Shown here piece by piece: positions 50,917-63,325 of a DNA stretch of 64,000 bases (the stretch's first letter is position 1; the number at the start of each line of letters is the position of its first letter). Made by a program: the position numbers and the translations under genes. The stretch is taken from positions 22,942,001-23,006,000 of the forward strand of contig NW_024704743.1 in the NCBI RefSeq assembly GCF_018977255.1, read 5' to 3'. The notes under the pieces are model-generated. The model was not told where the DNA came from, did not search any database, and was given only the letters and a program-made list of their open reading frames with translations. The stretch comes from Callorhinchus milii (taxonomy: Eukaryota).

Positions 50917-51590
50917 TCATCTTCTTTGACCTCTCTGTTGCCTTTGACACTGTCAACCACTCTATCCTCATCCATCGCCTCTCCTCTCACCTCAACCTTC
51001 ACAGCTCTGTCCTTGACTGGTTCAGAGCATACCTCTTATACCGCCTCCACTTCATCTCCACAAACATTTTTTCCTCTAGCCCCCGTACCGTCTTATGCTG
51101 CGTTCCTCAGGGCTCTGTCCTTGGTCCCCTCCTCTTCAATATCTTTATGCTCCCTCATAGTGACATCAACCACAGACATGGGGTCAATTTCCACATAGTT
51201 CTCACCTTCAAAGCCCTCCATGGTCTTGCTCCCCCCTACCTCTGCGACCTCCTAAACCCCTACCATCCTGCTCACTCCCTCTGCTTAGTGGGCTCTGCCT
51301 GCTTCACATTCTCCGCTTTGCCCACCCCATCATTGGCTGGCGGGCCTTCTGCCACTCTGCCCCAACCCTCTGGAACTCCATCCCGAGGTCCCCTCCCTTG
51401 CCTCCTTCAAGACTCATCTCAAGACCCTCCTCTTTGACCGTACTTTCGATCTCCATGCTTCCCCCATTGCCCTTCACCATTCCCAATCCTGACCCCCAGC
51501 TGTGGTCCAAAACCTTAACTGTCCAGCACCTTGGGATGTCCTCTCGACGTGAAAGGCGCTATACGAATATAATTTTGTTGTTGTTGTGGT
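50917..51590 (+). mobile_element. L2 LINE fragment with internal deletion
   Basis: FFDLSVAFDTVNH...CVPQGSVLGPLLF...HGVNFH joined directly to VLTFKALHGLAPPYLCDLL, with the tail gggatgtcctctcgacgtgaaaggcgctatac...(ttg)n. Confidence 0.88.
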
Positions 51591-51864
51591 GGTGCTATGA
51601 ACTCATCGAACACATGCTGGGTAGCGGATGTTAGGACTCTAAACAGTTGGCAGGCTACTATTACCAAAGAACTAATCTTTTGCCCATGTCTCAGGCATTT
51701 GGGACATGAGACCAGATATCTGCTGGTCAGAACAGGCAGTAAGTTGTAGCCGAGCAGTATGTAACAGCTGCTATAGTGCCATTCCCTCATGTTCCTGGGA
51801 GGTCTCATGTTGTTTTCTGTGGGAACTGCCATTAGGTTTCACGACAAGTCACTCAGGCTTACCT

Positions 51865-52153
51865 AATAATAATCCTTGCATTTGATATAGTGCCTATCAC
51901 ATCTTCGAGACGTCTCAATGCACAGAATATGGCAGCCAATTGGGCACAGCAGTGTCCCACAAACAGTGACCAAATGTTTATTTTTAAGAGATTATTACTC
52001 CCGGGAAAGTGATCAGCCAATCGACTAACAACCGGGTTCCTACTCACTGCTAGGTAAACAGCGGCTTGTGGAGTAAGGAAACTTGCCTAAGGAATCAAAC
52101 CCAGGCCCTCTAGTTTGCGAGGTGAGTGCTTTATCCATTAAGTTACGGGACTC
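51865..52153 (-). mobile_element. Deu SINE, long subfamily, with internal deletions
   Basis: Reverse complement of the head, the ctgtttacctagcagtgagtaggaacccggttgttagtcgattgg segment and the tail. Confidence 0.85.
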
Positions 52154-52904
52154 AAATGCTAGGATATAGCTTGCTCCTCAGATGTCTGCAGCCATTATCT
52201 CGCCAGTGAAGGCTGAATAGAAAGCCACTGCCCTTGAGCAGCTTTTGGCAGGAGACTGACGACACGTGCATTGACTTTCCTATCTGGACCTCAGTCTGTC
52301 AGCAGAGGCTGAAGCTCTCCCAAGAGGCTGAGACAGAGACGTGCCTTATGTCAGTGCAAAGTTTGAAGGTGTCCTCAGGGTTCTGCATCACTCTTCCCCT
52401 GGTACTGAAGGATGTAACAGTCCAAAATTGCCTTACATTCAAGCTCTGGGCTCCATTCAATGTCCCTTAGGGCTAGAGTGGGCATCTGTGAGAGTAACCA
52501 TCCAGTATAGATAATGCCTATTTTGCTGAGGAGTCCGCAGAATTCATAGGAGTCCTTTCACCCAGAAAGACAAGCAGAGATGCTAGTGATATTTATTGGA
52601 ATGGGCAACCACAATGATAGGTTCATTGCACCTTGAGACATCTCAACGATATGATAAGGTCCTATATCAAATGCAAGGATGCTTATATTATAATTATTAT
52701 TGTCAGTGCTGCCTGCACTCAGCGGTTTCTGTGTAATTATGATGAGGGGATTCTCTGGATCAGTCAAACAATGTCAGTTCGTTTGCGATACTTACAATAC
52801 AAATTGATGTCCCAGGGTACTTAATAGTACTGGCTTGGCACTTGAACTGGGGCGAGTGGGTGTGGGGCCCGGGGCCGAGGGGGGTGGGGGAGGGGAAAGA
52901 TGCA

Positions 52905-53100
52905 AAACGTCTATGAGAATTGTCAGACAAGACCTATCATTTCTGTTGCCATGTTGCCTGTCAATTATTAGATTATTTCTACATGGGTAATCTTCCACTT
53001 TCTTTCTGGTGACTGACTCCATACTTTTTGATATTATTGAGGTCAGGCTAATGGGTCTGCAGTGAACAGGTTTAGTTTTGTCGCCCTTCTTTAATGTAGC
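52905..53100 (-). mobile_element. CR1 RT fragment
   Basis: KKGDKTKPVHCRPISLTSIISKSMES...RQHGNRNDRSCLTIL. Confidence 0.8.
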
Positions 53101-53667
53101 GAACGGATGTTGTTCGGTATTAAAGAAGCATTTGTATAGCACCTTTCATGTCGGGAGGACGTCTCAAAGAACTTTCGCACTACTGACAGGGTGGGAGCAT
53201 GAGAAAGCACAGTCGAAACGATAGGTTTTACGGTGGGTTTGAAGGCGGAAGGGCAGGGGAGAGATTTCAGGATTAAGTTGCAGAGGCAGAATTAAATGAG
53301 AGGATTATTATTATTATTATTTATTATTATTGTTAATATTATTACAATCAGCATTGGGCAAACAATAGCGAATGACAATATGATCAAACAGAGCCGCAGA
53401 GCCTGCAACCTGTTCAAATGCGCTGTGTGAAGTCGATCCAATTGTGTCCTTTGTTGTTTTATTGGTTTAAAAAAAACAGCAGCCTTTTCTAGCCAGTGAG
53501 TGCACTTGGCAAGACTTTGCTTTGGTGACAAATTACAACTGAACCTTGTACGTGCACTTCCTTCTTTTCTTTTCCTGCCTTCCTGGTTTCAGATCCTGAA
53601 TGTCGTCTAAACACATGAACGTCAAACCCCGAGGGTCAGCGAGAGCAGCTCTGGCCACGCTTTCCCA

Positions 53668-53945
53668 CGCTCTCTGCTCTTTCCTTTCTCTCTTCTTGTG
53701 GACTTTCTTGTGATCTTTCTTCGTTCTTTATCTCTCTCCCCCACCCCTTCTCTCCTTCCCTCTCTCTCTCTCTCTCTCTCTTCCCACTCCTTCTCCTTGT
53801 GCACTTTTCACTCTCTCTCTTTCTCTCTCTCTCTCTGTCTTCTCTCTCTCCTTCACCCTCTCTCCTTGTGCACCTTTCTCTCTTTTTTCCCTCTGCTGAT
53901 TCATCCACACTCCTACCCACCACCTCCCTCCCTCTCTCTCTCTTA
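53668..53945 (+). repeat. CT-rich low-complexity / (CT)n tract
   Basis: Polypyrimidine runs immediately upstream of the candidate first exon. Confidence 0.85.
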
Positions 53946-54051
53946 ACCAGGCCCTTGTTCTTGCTGTTTGAGAAAGTCCTCTCCCTGTGGTGTTGGGGCT
54001 GCAGACAGACAGCTGTTTGTGTGAGGAGCTGGGCTGGGCTGTGAGCACCAG
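53946..54051 (+). other. Candidate non-coding first exon of the downstream (UPP1-like) gene; 5' boundary uncertain
   Basis: Consensus donor CAG|GTGAGT at 54052 in GC-richer non-repeat sequence, upstream of the 57201 acceptor. Confidence 0.5.
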
Positions 54052-54392
54052 GTGAGTGTGAGAGAGAGTGTGAGAGCTGTGAATGGAGAGATCAGTGTGC
54101 TAACCCTGACCTGCTTCACAGATACTCAACACAGCTGGCTGGCTCCACACAGATGGGGCTTGCTGTTATCAGGAAGGAAGGGATCGATGGGCAAAGTGTG
54201 GTGGTTCTTTTTTTTTTGCTGTTCAGTTTTGGCATATTGCAAGGCGGCGGAGGGAATGTGGTTTCTGTGGGTAGGGAATAGCAATTTACCAAGATCAGAC
54301 ACCCGACTGCAAGTAATGTCAGCCTAGAGCAGCGGTAGCGATCTCGCCTCTAGCAGAAGATTGTGGACTCGGGCTCCAAGTCTAAGATATAG

Positions 54393-54758
54393 ATAATAAT
54401 CCTTGCATTTATAATAATAATAATAATAATAATCCTTGCATTTGGTATAGCGCTTTTCACGTCGGGAGGACGTCCCAAAGCGCTTCACAGAACACACTGT
54501 AAAGTGAATTGACTGTATATTTGTGGGCGAACGCGGCAGCCAATTGCGCACAGCAATGTCCCACAAACAGTCGTAGATTGAAAATGACCAATTTAATTAT
54601 TGTTTTTGGTTTTTTGGAGGGATTATTATTAGGCTCTGTGTGGAGTAAGGAAACTTGCCCAAGGTTTCGCCCTGACCTGCCTGGAATTGAACTCAGGTCT
54701 CTCACTTGCAAAGCGAGTGCTCTAACCACTGAGCTACAGGACTCCGCTACAGGACTCC
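54393..54758 (-). mobile_element. Deu SINE, young short subfamily, full length, with duplicated termini
   Basis: Near-identical to the 4173 and 14747 copies. The tail unit is duplicated and the 13-bp head is duplicated. Confidence 0.92.
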
Positions 54759-55599
54759 GATATGCCATATCATTTGATATGATATAGAGCCCTATCAGGT
54801 CTTCCAGACTTCTCAAAGCGCTTCACCGAATATACTGGAAACAGAATTGACTGTGTATTTTGTGGGTGAAAAGTGCAGTGTGCAAATGACTCCAAAGCAG
54901 TACTGGGCATGTGTTGCATTGTCGGGGATGCCATCCTTTGGAAGCTATGTTAAATCAGTTTGGGTGGACTTTAAAGATCCCCTGTGTGTGGCTGTTTGTG
55001 GGACATTGGCTGCTGCATTTCACCCACAAAATACACAGTCAATCCACTTTATAGTATATCCTGTGACACGCTCTGAGACATCTCAATGACTTGATAAGAT
55101 ACTATATTAAATGCAATGATAATTATTATAATAATCTGAGCCCATTCTTTAACTACAAGATTTAAACGAAAGCGAAAAATGCACCATCAGTAACTTGTTA
55201 TTGCAGAATAGTCCTATATATTTTGAACCTATGTACTCGTAGTTATGTGGTCCAGAAGTTATATACTCCTTTTATATCAAACTTCAACTTGAATTTATAA
55301 CATTAAGCTTTTCAATACGTGCCCCAAAAAAACTTTCCAGTCATTTTCAATAGAAAACAATTAGGGAGAAATTACTTTAAACGTCTGTTAACACGTCACG
55401 CCAAGGGAAAAGGGCTCAGTGACAAGTTATCTGGAGTGGAGAATTAGGCACATGTATAAATTCAGTATATAAAAAAATGCTGCCAGGGAATTGATAGCAT
55501 GATGTCTTAAGTCGCAGTGACAAGTTAAGACAGGGTTGAATTATCAGGAGTTTAATGTATTTATATAGGAGTTTTGAGTGATCAAAGAATTACTTCTTT

Positions 55600-55910
55600 A
55601 TAATAATAATACTCCTTGCATTTGATATAGCGCTTTTCACGTCTTCTAGACGTCTCAGAGCGCTTCACAGAATATACACCACCAACAACAAGATTACATT
55701 TGTATTGCGCCTTTCAGGTCAGGAGGACGTCCCAAGGCTCTGGACAGTGTACGATGGTTGTTTGGGTCTATGAAATCTCAAACTGTCTTCTAATGGCCTT
55801 TGTCAGCTGTTCAGCATTTCTGCATTAATAATAATCCTTACATTTGATATATCGCCTTATCACGTCGTTGAGACGTCTCAAAGCGCTTCACAGAATATAG
55901 TGTAAAGTGT
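55600..55910 (-). mobile_element. Cluster of three SINE/L2 3' tails
   Basis: Tails start near 55600 (att type), 55682 (ttg type) and 55826 (att type). Confidence 0.75.
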
Positions 55911-56379
55911 GTATTTAAATTTATATATAAACTGTACAGAGCACAGCATTTTTAGTGTGGAGTCAACCAGCTGTGCACATGCGCAGTGAATGATATCCAT
56001 TTTCCTTTTGTGCTGTAAGTGAACTTGTGATATAATGGGGTTCTATTGTAATACCATACTGTGCCCAACCCATTTTTCCGTGGCTTTCTCTATTTCTCTG
56101 ACTTTTCTCCCTCTTACTGATGTATCCTTAACTTTTGTGATGCTCACCAACTTCCTATCTCTCTCTGCTTTGGCTTCACTCTTTGCCTGTATCTGTCTCT
56201 GTAGTCTTCCTACACCGGAACACTGAGACAACATTACCAAGTGCTACTTGAGTAGATTGCAAATCTGGTAATCTTGTGCACAGGCACACAACTAATTTTT
56301 TTTCTCCTTCTAGCATCACAACTCTGCTTCATGTTTTCTTTGGAGATCGAAGCAGATAGGGTAGACTGGCAATCGTCAG

Positions 56380-56437
56380 CAGTGGGAATTCCCACTGTAT
56401 AATGCCTGCTCTAATTCCCACTGTATAATGCCTGCTC
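56380..56437. promoter_or_regulatory. 18-bp perfect palindrome containing GGGAATTCCC (NF-kB-type), overlapping a 25-bp direct repeat
   Basis: cagtgggaattcccactg at 56380-56397. aattcccactgtataatgcctgctc occurs at 56387-56411 and 56413-56437. Confidence 0.45.
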
Positions 56438-57215
56438 ACAAATATGTATGTAGAATGTAAAGGTTTCTATACAGGACATTTTAGTTATGATGCATCAGTA
56501 AATACAATGACAACAAATTACATTTGCATAGCGTCTTTCACATCGGAAGAGGTTCAAAGCTCTGGGCAGTCAAGGATGAATGGGATGGACATTAAACAGA
56601 CTATAGAGGAGACACTTTGGATGGGCTTTTATGAAAACAAATTGATTTTTTTAAATTTGAGTGGTAAATGTAAGTGGCTTGTTCCCCAGTACTGCTTTAG
56701 ATTTTGTCTCTGAGAGTAACCAGAAGGGAAAAGGCTGGTACTTCAGAACCAGTTGTATTAAAGCAGTTCTGAAGTGTCTTCCAAAATAAACGTGGCATTG
56801 GTTGTGACTGAAGAGAAAAGTTGTGAAAGAAGAGAACAAATGTATCTTGTGAGTGAAGGGTGACTTGAGCAGAAGAAGGAATTTTAAATCCAGGCAGTAT
56901 ATTTTGTAATCGCTCCTGGAATAGTTACATCAGTGGGTTTCAAAAGGGACCTAGACACATTCCTAGAAACTAGATTCAAAGTTATTGGAAAGAATTGAAA
57001 GAATCTAATGTGATGTTGGATGGGTAGATTAAATAGATCAATGGTCTCCCTAAAACTATGTTACTATGAATAAAACATTGTTGTTCCACATTCGTTCCAG
57101 TCACATATAAACCAAGTTAATTGCTACATTGAATGTGCTAACCTATAGTTATAATGATATTGCTGCTCTAAACTTACAGTGTGTTTCTTTCCTTTGAAAG
57201 GTTTTAGATCACAAA

Positions 57216-57259
57216 ATGGAGTACAAACAGACTAACGATGAAAAGCCCACGTCTTCCAA
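57216..57259 (+). CDS. UPP1: Probable first coding exon of uridine phosphorylase 1 (MEYKQTNDEKPTSS+AA); the gene continues beyond the window
   Basis: Acceptor tttctttcctttgaaag (57200), Kozak acaaaATGG, donor AA|gtaaga, 44 coding nt, phase 2. This matches the recalled human UPP1 start exon (MAATGANAEKAESH+AA). The name rests on synteny and exon shape only. Confidence 0.55.
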
Positions 57260-58580
57260 GTAAGACATCTAAGAATTACTGTTCGTTTCAATGTGTCATA
57301 TTTTTAAAGTCATCAGTAGGTTCCTATGCTTCTACGGCTCATTTTCAGCATCCAGTAAACGATTTGGGTTCTATCCTGTGGGCAATGTTTTTTGGGAGTC
57401 AGTAGTGGGGGAAGAATCGGGATTAACGTTGATTATTTTATTCTTAGAACCACCTAGACAGTGTCAATTAGTGTTTCTTATTATCTGTACCTATGATGTA
57501 GAAATGTACATGATTTTTAAAAGGGTATAGGAAAGAGACAGGGAGAGGGGATTGGGCAGGGGAGGTCATATAGAGTATAAACACCAACACTGATTAATTG
57601 GGCCGAGTGGCCTGTTTAGGTGTTGATGAATCTGTGTGAAAAAAGCATTCCCAACTAAAGTAAAAGTGATCCCACACCGCTGCAATTATTGATTTTGTAG
57701 CCAAATAGCTAGCTAATTCTCTCTTGAATTTGCTGACAAACTGCCTCCATCCTCTCCCTGTGCAATCCATTCTGTATCTTCCCTGCTCGCTATATAAAGC
57801 TATTAAATCTAATCTGTTCACCTTCCCTTTCTGTGTGTGTGTGTGTGCCAATGTGTTCCTAATAACATGCAATTTTTGTCGTTGTCGATGAGTTTCGGAA
57901 TGCTGGTTGACGCTTGCAATTTGGCAGAGCTGAGCTTACTCAACCATCGAGAATCTGTTTGTATATTTTCAAATGCTTGCTGAATACAGTTCGTTGTCTC
58001 TTTTAATTACTCATCTGGGCTTGTTGCCATTTGCGTTACTCTCTGCAACATTGCAAAATGACGGAGCCAATTTCCTTTCTTCTATGTTGACCTATCCGTG
58101 AATCATAACCAGACTATGAATTATTTGGAACAGTAACAGACAAATTAAGCCTGCATTGTGTTGCAGACAGCGTGTTGAGCAAGGTGGTGTTAAAACACAT
58201 CACTAATAGGCCACATAGATGCTTCTGCAGTGTGACACACAATCTTATCAGCATGCGACCACATTCAGTGTCAGCAGATTTCCCCCTCCGCCCCTCCCCC
58301 ACACTCATCCATAGCTACTAATGGTTGTCTCATTGAGGTGATGCATTTTCATCTGCAGAACCTGCCAAACCCCTGCCAGCACCAGCCAAGATGATTAATT
58401 CACTGAAATTCGGCGTCTGGGCAGGCGGGGGGGTGGCGGGTGTTATATAGGCGGTTTGAACAGCAGGGTAAGCAAAACACGACAACATTGTTAGCTTTAT
58501 TCTATAGCTAACTAATCTTTGTTGCGCACAAAGCAAACAAACTGCCAAATTGAAATGCAGATAAGCCATATCTATTATTA

Positions 58581-58890
58581 ATAATAATAATTCTTGCATT
58601 TGATATTGCGCCTTATCCACATTGTCGAGAGGTCTCAAAGTGCTTCGTTGGATTTACTGCAAAGTGCATTTTGTGAGAGAAACATGGCAAGCAGCCAGTT
58701 GTGTACAGTAATGTCTGACAAGCAGACTTGGAGGGAGTGACCAATTTTATTTGGGGGATTTTTGGCCAGGAAACCGTGAGAAACTCTCTTCTCTTTTCAA
58801 ATAGAGCCATGGGGTCTTTAACATCCATCTGAACAGGCAGACGGGACCTTGCTTTAACATCTTATCCGAAGGATGGAACCTCCGACAATG
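58581..58890 (-). mobile_element. Older Deu-domain SINE
   Basis: Reverse complement of ggatgttaaagaccccatggctctatttgaaaagagaagagagtttctc, plus the (att)n tail. Confidence 0.8.
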
Positions 58891-59577
58891 TCTTATAGAG
58901 ATTGAGAAGCTTAAACTGCTGTCATATTAGTTGGGTAACTTAAGGTTGGTTGCTGCTTGTATTAAGCACGTGGAAACCCCCACTTTGATGCATAGAGTGT
59001 GTGTCTTGTGAAGCTAAAGATTTGTACCCCACCGAAAGTAGGGTCCAGCTGAGAAAAGATCAAACATAGAAGGCCAGACTTGAGCTGATGGGACAATGCA
59101 CGGGAAGAACTGGGGGGACAAATTATCAAAACTACCAGATGGGAGAACACAGTACAAATCTCTAGGGCATCTTAGAGACAGACTATGGTAGACTGAATAA
59201 TTGCCTGCCCCAATCCCAGTGTGAGTTTTGCAAACCAAAGAAAAGAATGTAGAACAAAACAAAACCTAAAAGGAAATAAAGCCCCTGTTTGTTCAGTCCT
59301 GTTAACAACCATTCACTACTGTGCTGGCGGATGGCAAGTTTTACGACAACTTACAAATGGCTGTCACGCTTCCTCAAAATAGATTTATTTTTTAAAAAAT
59401 GTGATCCCATTTATTACAAAAATAGAGCTTGCATTTGCACAGTGCCTATAATTACAAGATGTCTAAAAGCATTTCACAGGTAATTGGTGTGTATACGAAG
59501 TGTATATTCATTGTAGTTGTAGTCGCATACAAATATCTTTGTGTTTAATCATTTTTTATAACTATCAATACTATCAA

Positions 59578-60020
59578 GTGTCAGCTTGGCGCAGTTGGTA
59601 GCACTTTCACTTTGGAGTCAGAAGGTTGTGAGTTCAAGCCCCACGTTGAACTCACAGCCGAGACTGACACTCCAATACAGTAATGGGGATGTGTTCAAGT
59701 GGATGTTAAAGAGCCCAAACTACTTGAAAAGAAAAGTGAATTTCTCCTTGGTCCTAGCCAACAGTCCAGCAGATAAATTTGTTCAATGACTTCATAGCTG
59801 TTTGTGAAACACTGCCATGTGCAAATTAGCTGTCTGGTTTATCTACAAAAACACAACAACAACATCAAATTGCATTTCACGTCAGGAGGATTCTCAAAGC
59901 GCTGAGTATGCAGTCCCACGTACACAGTCATTACACTTTACAATAAAATGCTATGAAGGGTTTTGAGACATCTCAATGATGTGATAAGGTGCTATATCAA
60001 ATTAAAGGATTATTATTATA
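59578..60020 (+). mobile_element. Older Deu-domain SINE with tRNA head
   Basis: Head gtgtcagcttggcgcagttggtagcac...ggagtcagaaggttgtgagttcaagcc, Deu core and tail. Confidence 0.75.
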
Positions 60021-62091
60021 ATACTGTATTATCAAACTTTAAGAAGGCAACAAAGCAACCAAGAGCCCAAATTGTTTATTTTCATAAGTTTGTCTAATTT
60101 CTACATAATTGATGTATCCCACTCCTAGTCTCAGCATACACATTTGGCTGACACCCTTGACCAAGTTGATATCCCCCCCAAATGCCCCAGTATTCTAGCC
60201 CCCAGCTTGCGTGCAAACCCTTAACTGTCCAGTGCCTTGGGACGTCATTACGACGTGAAAGGTTCTAGATTAATGTAATTTACTTGTTGTTGCTGTTGTG
60301 TTTATAAAATGTGGTAGAGCCCATTGTAAGGTGGTAGTTGAGGTGCATAAAATCCCAATCCATGTTATATTGGGCCCGAGATAGCTGGATTCTGTATTCA
60401 TTGTGGTCCGATTGTGACTAAGGATTTGGAAATCAGCTTCTTTTAGTGGACAGGAAGCCAAGGTAAACAGTCACTACATTTCACAGTATATCCTGTAAAG
60501 CGCTTTGAGAAGACCTCCTGAGGAGAAAGCCATGACACCAAATATAAGGATTATTTTTAAGGATTATTAAAATGATCAACTCCAGTGACCCGATGACCTG
60601 GAAGTTAGCTATTTTCTAGAGGATAAGCTGCCCAAAGAATGGTTAACTGTGTATGTGCTGGTTAGCTATGTATGTGCACAGAATGAGGTCCAAACTCCAT
60701 TTTCACCAGAAGCAAACTTTTGTTATATAGAAGTGCATTACAACTGAGCTCTACACTTGTAAATTTCATAGGTTTTGGACTTTTAATGGAGTGGAGGAGG
60801 CTTTAGTTACAGTGGTACAAAAGTACTACCCAATAAAGGTGAGGCCAGATTTTAATTGAAAGAATCCTTGTTCTTACTTCAAACAAGCTACTTAATGAGA
60901 GAGATATCGAACTGCAGATAACACCTTTCACCATAAAAGACCATCTTGAAACCCAATATGAACTAAAAATAATGTAAATAATTATAATAACAAAATAATT
61001 AATGTGAAGTGAATGTTATGTAGGCAATTTTTGCCACCGATAATGCAGTAACATTTGATAACAAAGGTTTATAACAGTAAAGATTAAGTCTTATTGAGAT
61101 GATCTGATGTAAATTGAGCGAAATGTGATTTCAATGCATTCACAGCACTATAGGGGAGAGGTCTTTGCGATGGGGTCCTCACAGTGTAATGTAGACACAA
61201 ATTGGAGAGAGCAATGATAGGAAAACGAGTGGGGCATTTAGTCCATGAAATTTGCGTCCCTATTTATTACATCTCGGCAGTCTTTGTATATTTCTTATCC
61301 CTTTCCCTGCGCTTCCCCTAACGCCCTGACTTTGCAAGTGTCTTATCTTTCCTTTAACCTTAAATCAATTAATTCTGCTTCTGTGTATTTCTGGGAAAGG
61401 GCATTTTACATTTTCTCAACTCTTTGTGTGAACTTTCCAAGAGAAAAAAAAGGCACGTTTTATGAAAATTACGAAGAATTGGGATCTAAAACAATGGATA
61501 AGAGCATGTTAATGTGAATGAAAGAGTTATTGTATTAACTACTTAGTGTATATCACAAGATGATACTGATACCTATTCTGGGTAAAAGTGATCAGTTAAA
61601 GTTAATTTATCTTACAGTAACTTTATAGAACTGTGAAAAATGTTCAAAGTGTGCTACAGTAAAAATAATGCTTGTATTTCAAATAGTACTTACAATGTTG
61701 AAGTGTCACAAAATGCTTCACAGAAAATTGCTTTTATGTATAGTGGGTGTATAACTTGCAGGTAACGACAATAGATAATTTGCCCACAATAAATCCTGCA
61801 AACAGTACATCAGAAAGCATTACTCTGGATTTACTTTCGCAATCCCATTAATAATCTTTTGTGCTTATTTCAGGTCCCCCACCAGTTTGATATTTTCAAG
61901 GCTAAAAAACCCTAGCTTATAGTTCATCCCTCTAACATCAGGGACCATCATCGTGGCTCTCCTCTGGACTTCCACTGGGGTTTCAGCAACTCTCTTATAT
62001 TACAGTGACCAGAATTATACACAGTGCTTAAGAAGTGGCCTAACCAGAGCATTAAACAGCTTGAACATAACTTTTAGGGATGAGCTTAACT

Positions 62092-62418
62092 GGAGTCCTG
62101 TAGCTCAGTGGTTAGAGAACTCGCAGGCGAAATATCATGCAAGTTTCCACACGCCTCTATTTACCTAACGGTAAGTAGGAACCCAGTTGTAAGTCAAATG
62201 GCAGATCACTTTTCCAGGGGTAATAATTCCTTTTTAAAAGAAATTGGTCACTCAATCCACAAATGTTTGTGGGACACTGCTGTGTGCAATTGGCTGCCAT
62301 ATTTCACTTACAAAATATAGTCAATTCACTTTACAGTATATTCTGTGAAGTGCTTTGAGACGTCTTGAAGGTGTGATAAGGTGCTTTATCAAATGCAATA
62401 ATTATTTATTATTATTAT
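62092..62418 (+). mobile_element. Deu SINE, long subfamily, inserted in an old minus-strand CR1 (~61820-62580)
   Basis: Head, internal segment, core and tail are present. The flanks read as CR1 on the minus strand (ALVRPLLKHCV). Confidence 0.85.
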
Positions 62419-62977
62419 AGTCCAGCAACCCATTTGCCTTGTTTAACGCTGCTTCAACTGTGCTAACATAGTGAGTCCCTTTCAGATTCCTCCATAACAC
62501 GTTCCAGCTCATTCGCAGAGTACTGGTGTCTCCTAGTTTTATTTCCTAGTTGCAGTACTTTGCATTTAACGGCACTGAACTAAAACATGAGGGTACATAT
62601 CTAACTTGTGAATTAATCACCCAATGTTATTTCTGTCCTCCTGATTTTAAATTGATACATCAAACATTATAAGTCAGACAGGATAGAAATCTGACCATGA
62701 AGAGAACATTAGGTAGTTTGATGTGAAATATTTAACATAATTGATGTTTTTTGATAAATACAATTCCAATATTTTTCTTAACATTGTGAACGATGTGAAA
62801 TATCTGACACATGTTCCCCTTCCCTATTTCCAACAGTGAGTGGGTTTAAACTTCTAACAGCTCCAGAACGGTACTTACACTATTGTTATATGAGAAGGTT
62901 TCCAGCTGGCGAGTGTCTGTCCTAGCTGACCCTCCACTGGCATTTCAACAAATTGACCATTGGCACACCGATACTAA

Positions 62978-63325
62978 AATAATAATCCTTGCATTTGGTT
63001 TAGTCACATCAGGAGGATGTCCCAAAGTGCTTCACAGGATTTACTGTGTACTTGTAGGTGAACTCAACAGCCCAATTTGCTCACAGCAGTGTCTCACAAA
63101 CATTCCTGAAATGAATTCCTGGGAGATTATTGGCTAGGACACAGGAAGAAGCTTCCTTTTCTTTTTAAATAGTCCCGTGGGATCTTTAACATCCACCTGA
63201 ACAGACAGACAGGACCGTGGTTTAATGTCTCATCCAAAGGACAGCACCTCCAACAATGCAATAGATTCCCAGCACTGCATTGGGGTGTCAGTTTAGACTA
63301 TACGAGTTCAAGTCCCGGCATGTTA
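62978..63325 (-). mobile_element. Older Deu-domain SINE
   Basis: Reverse complement of caggtggatgttaaagatcccacgggactattt, plus the tail. Confidence 0.78.
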
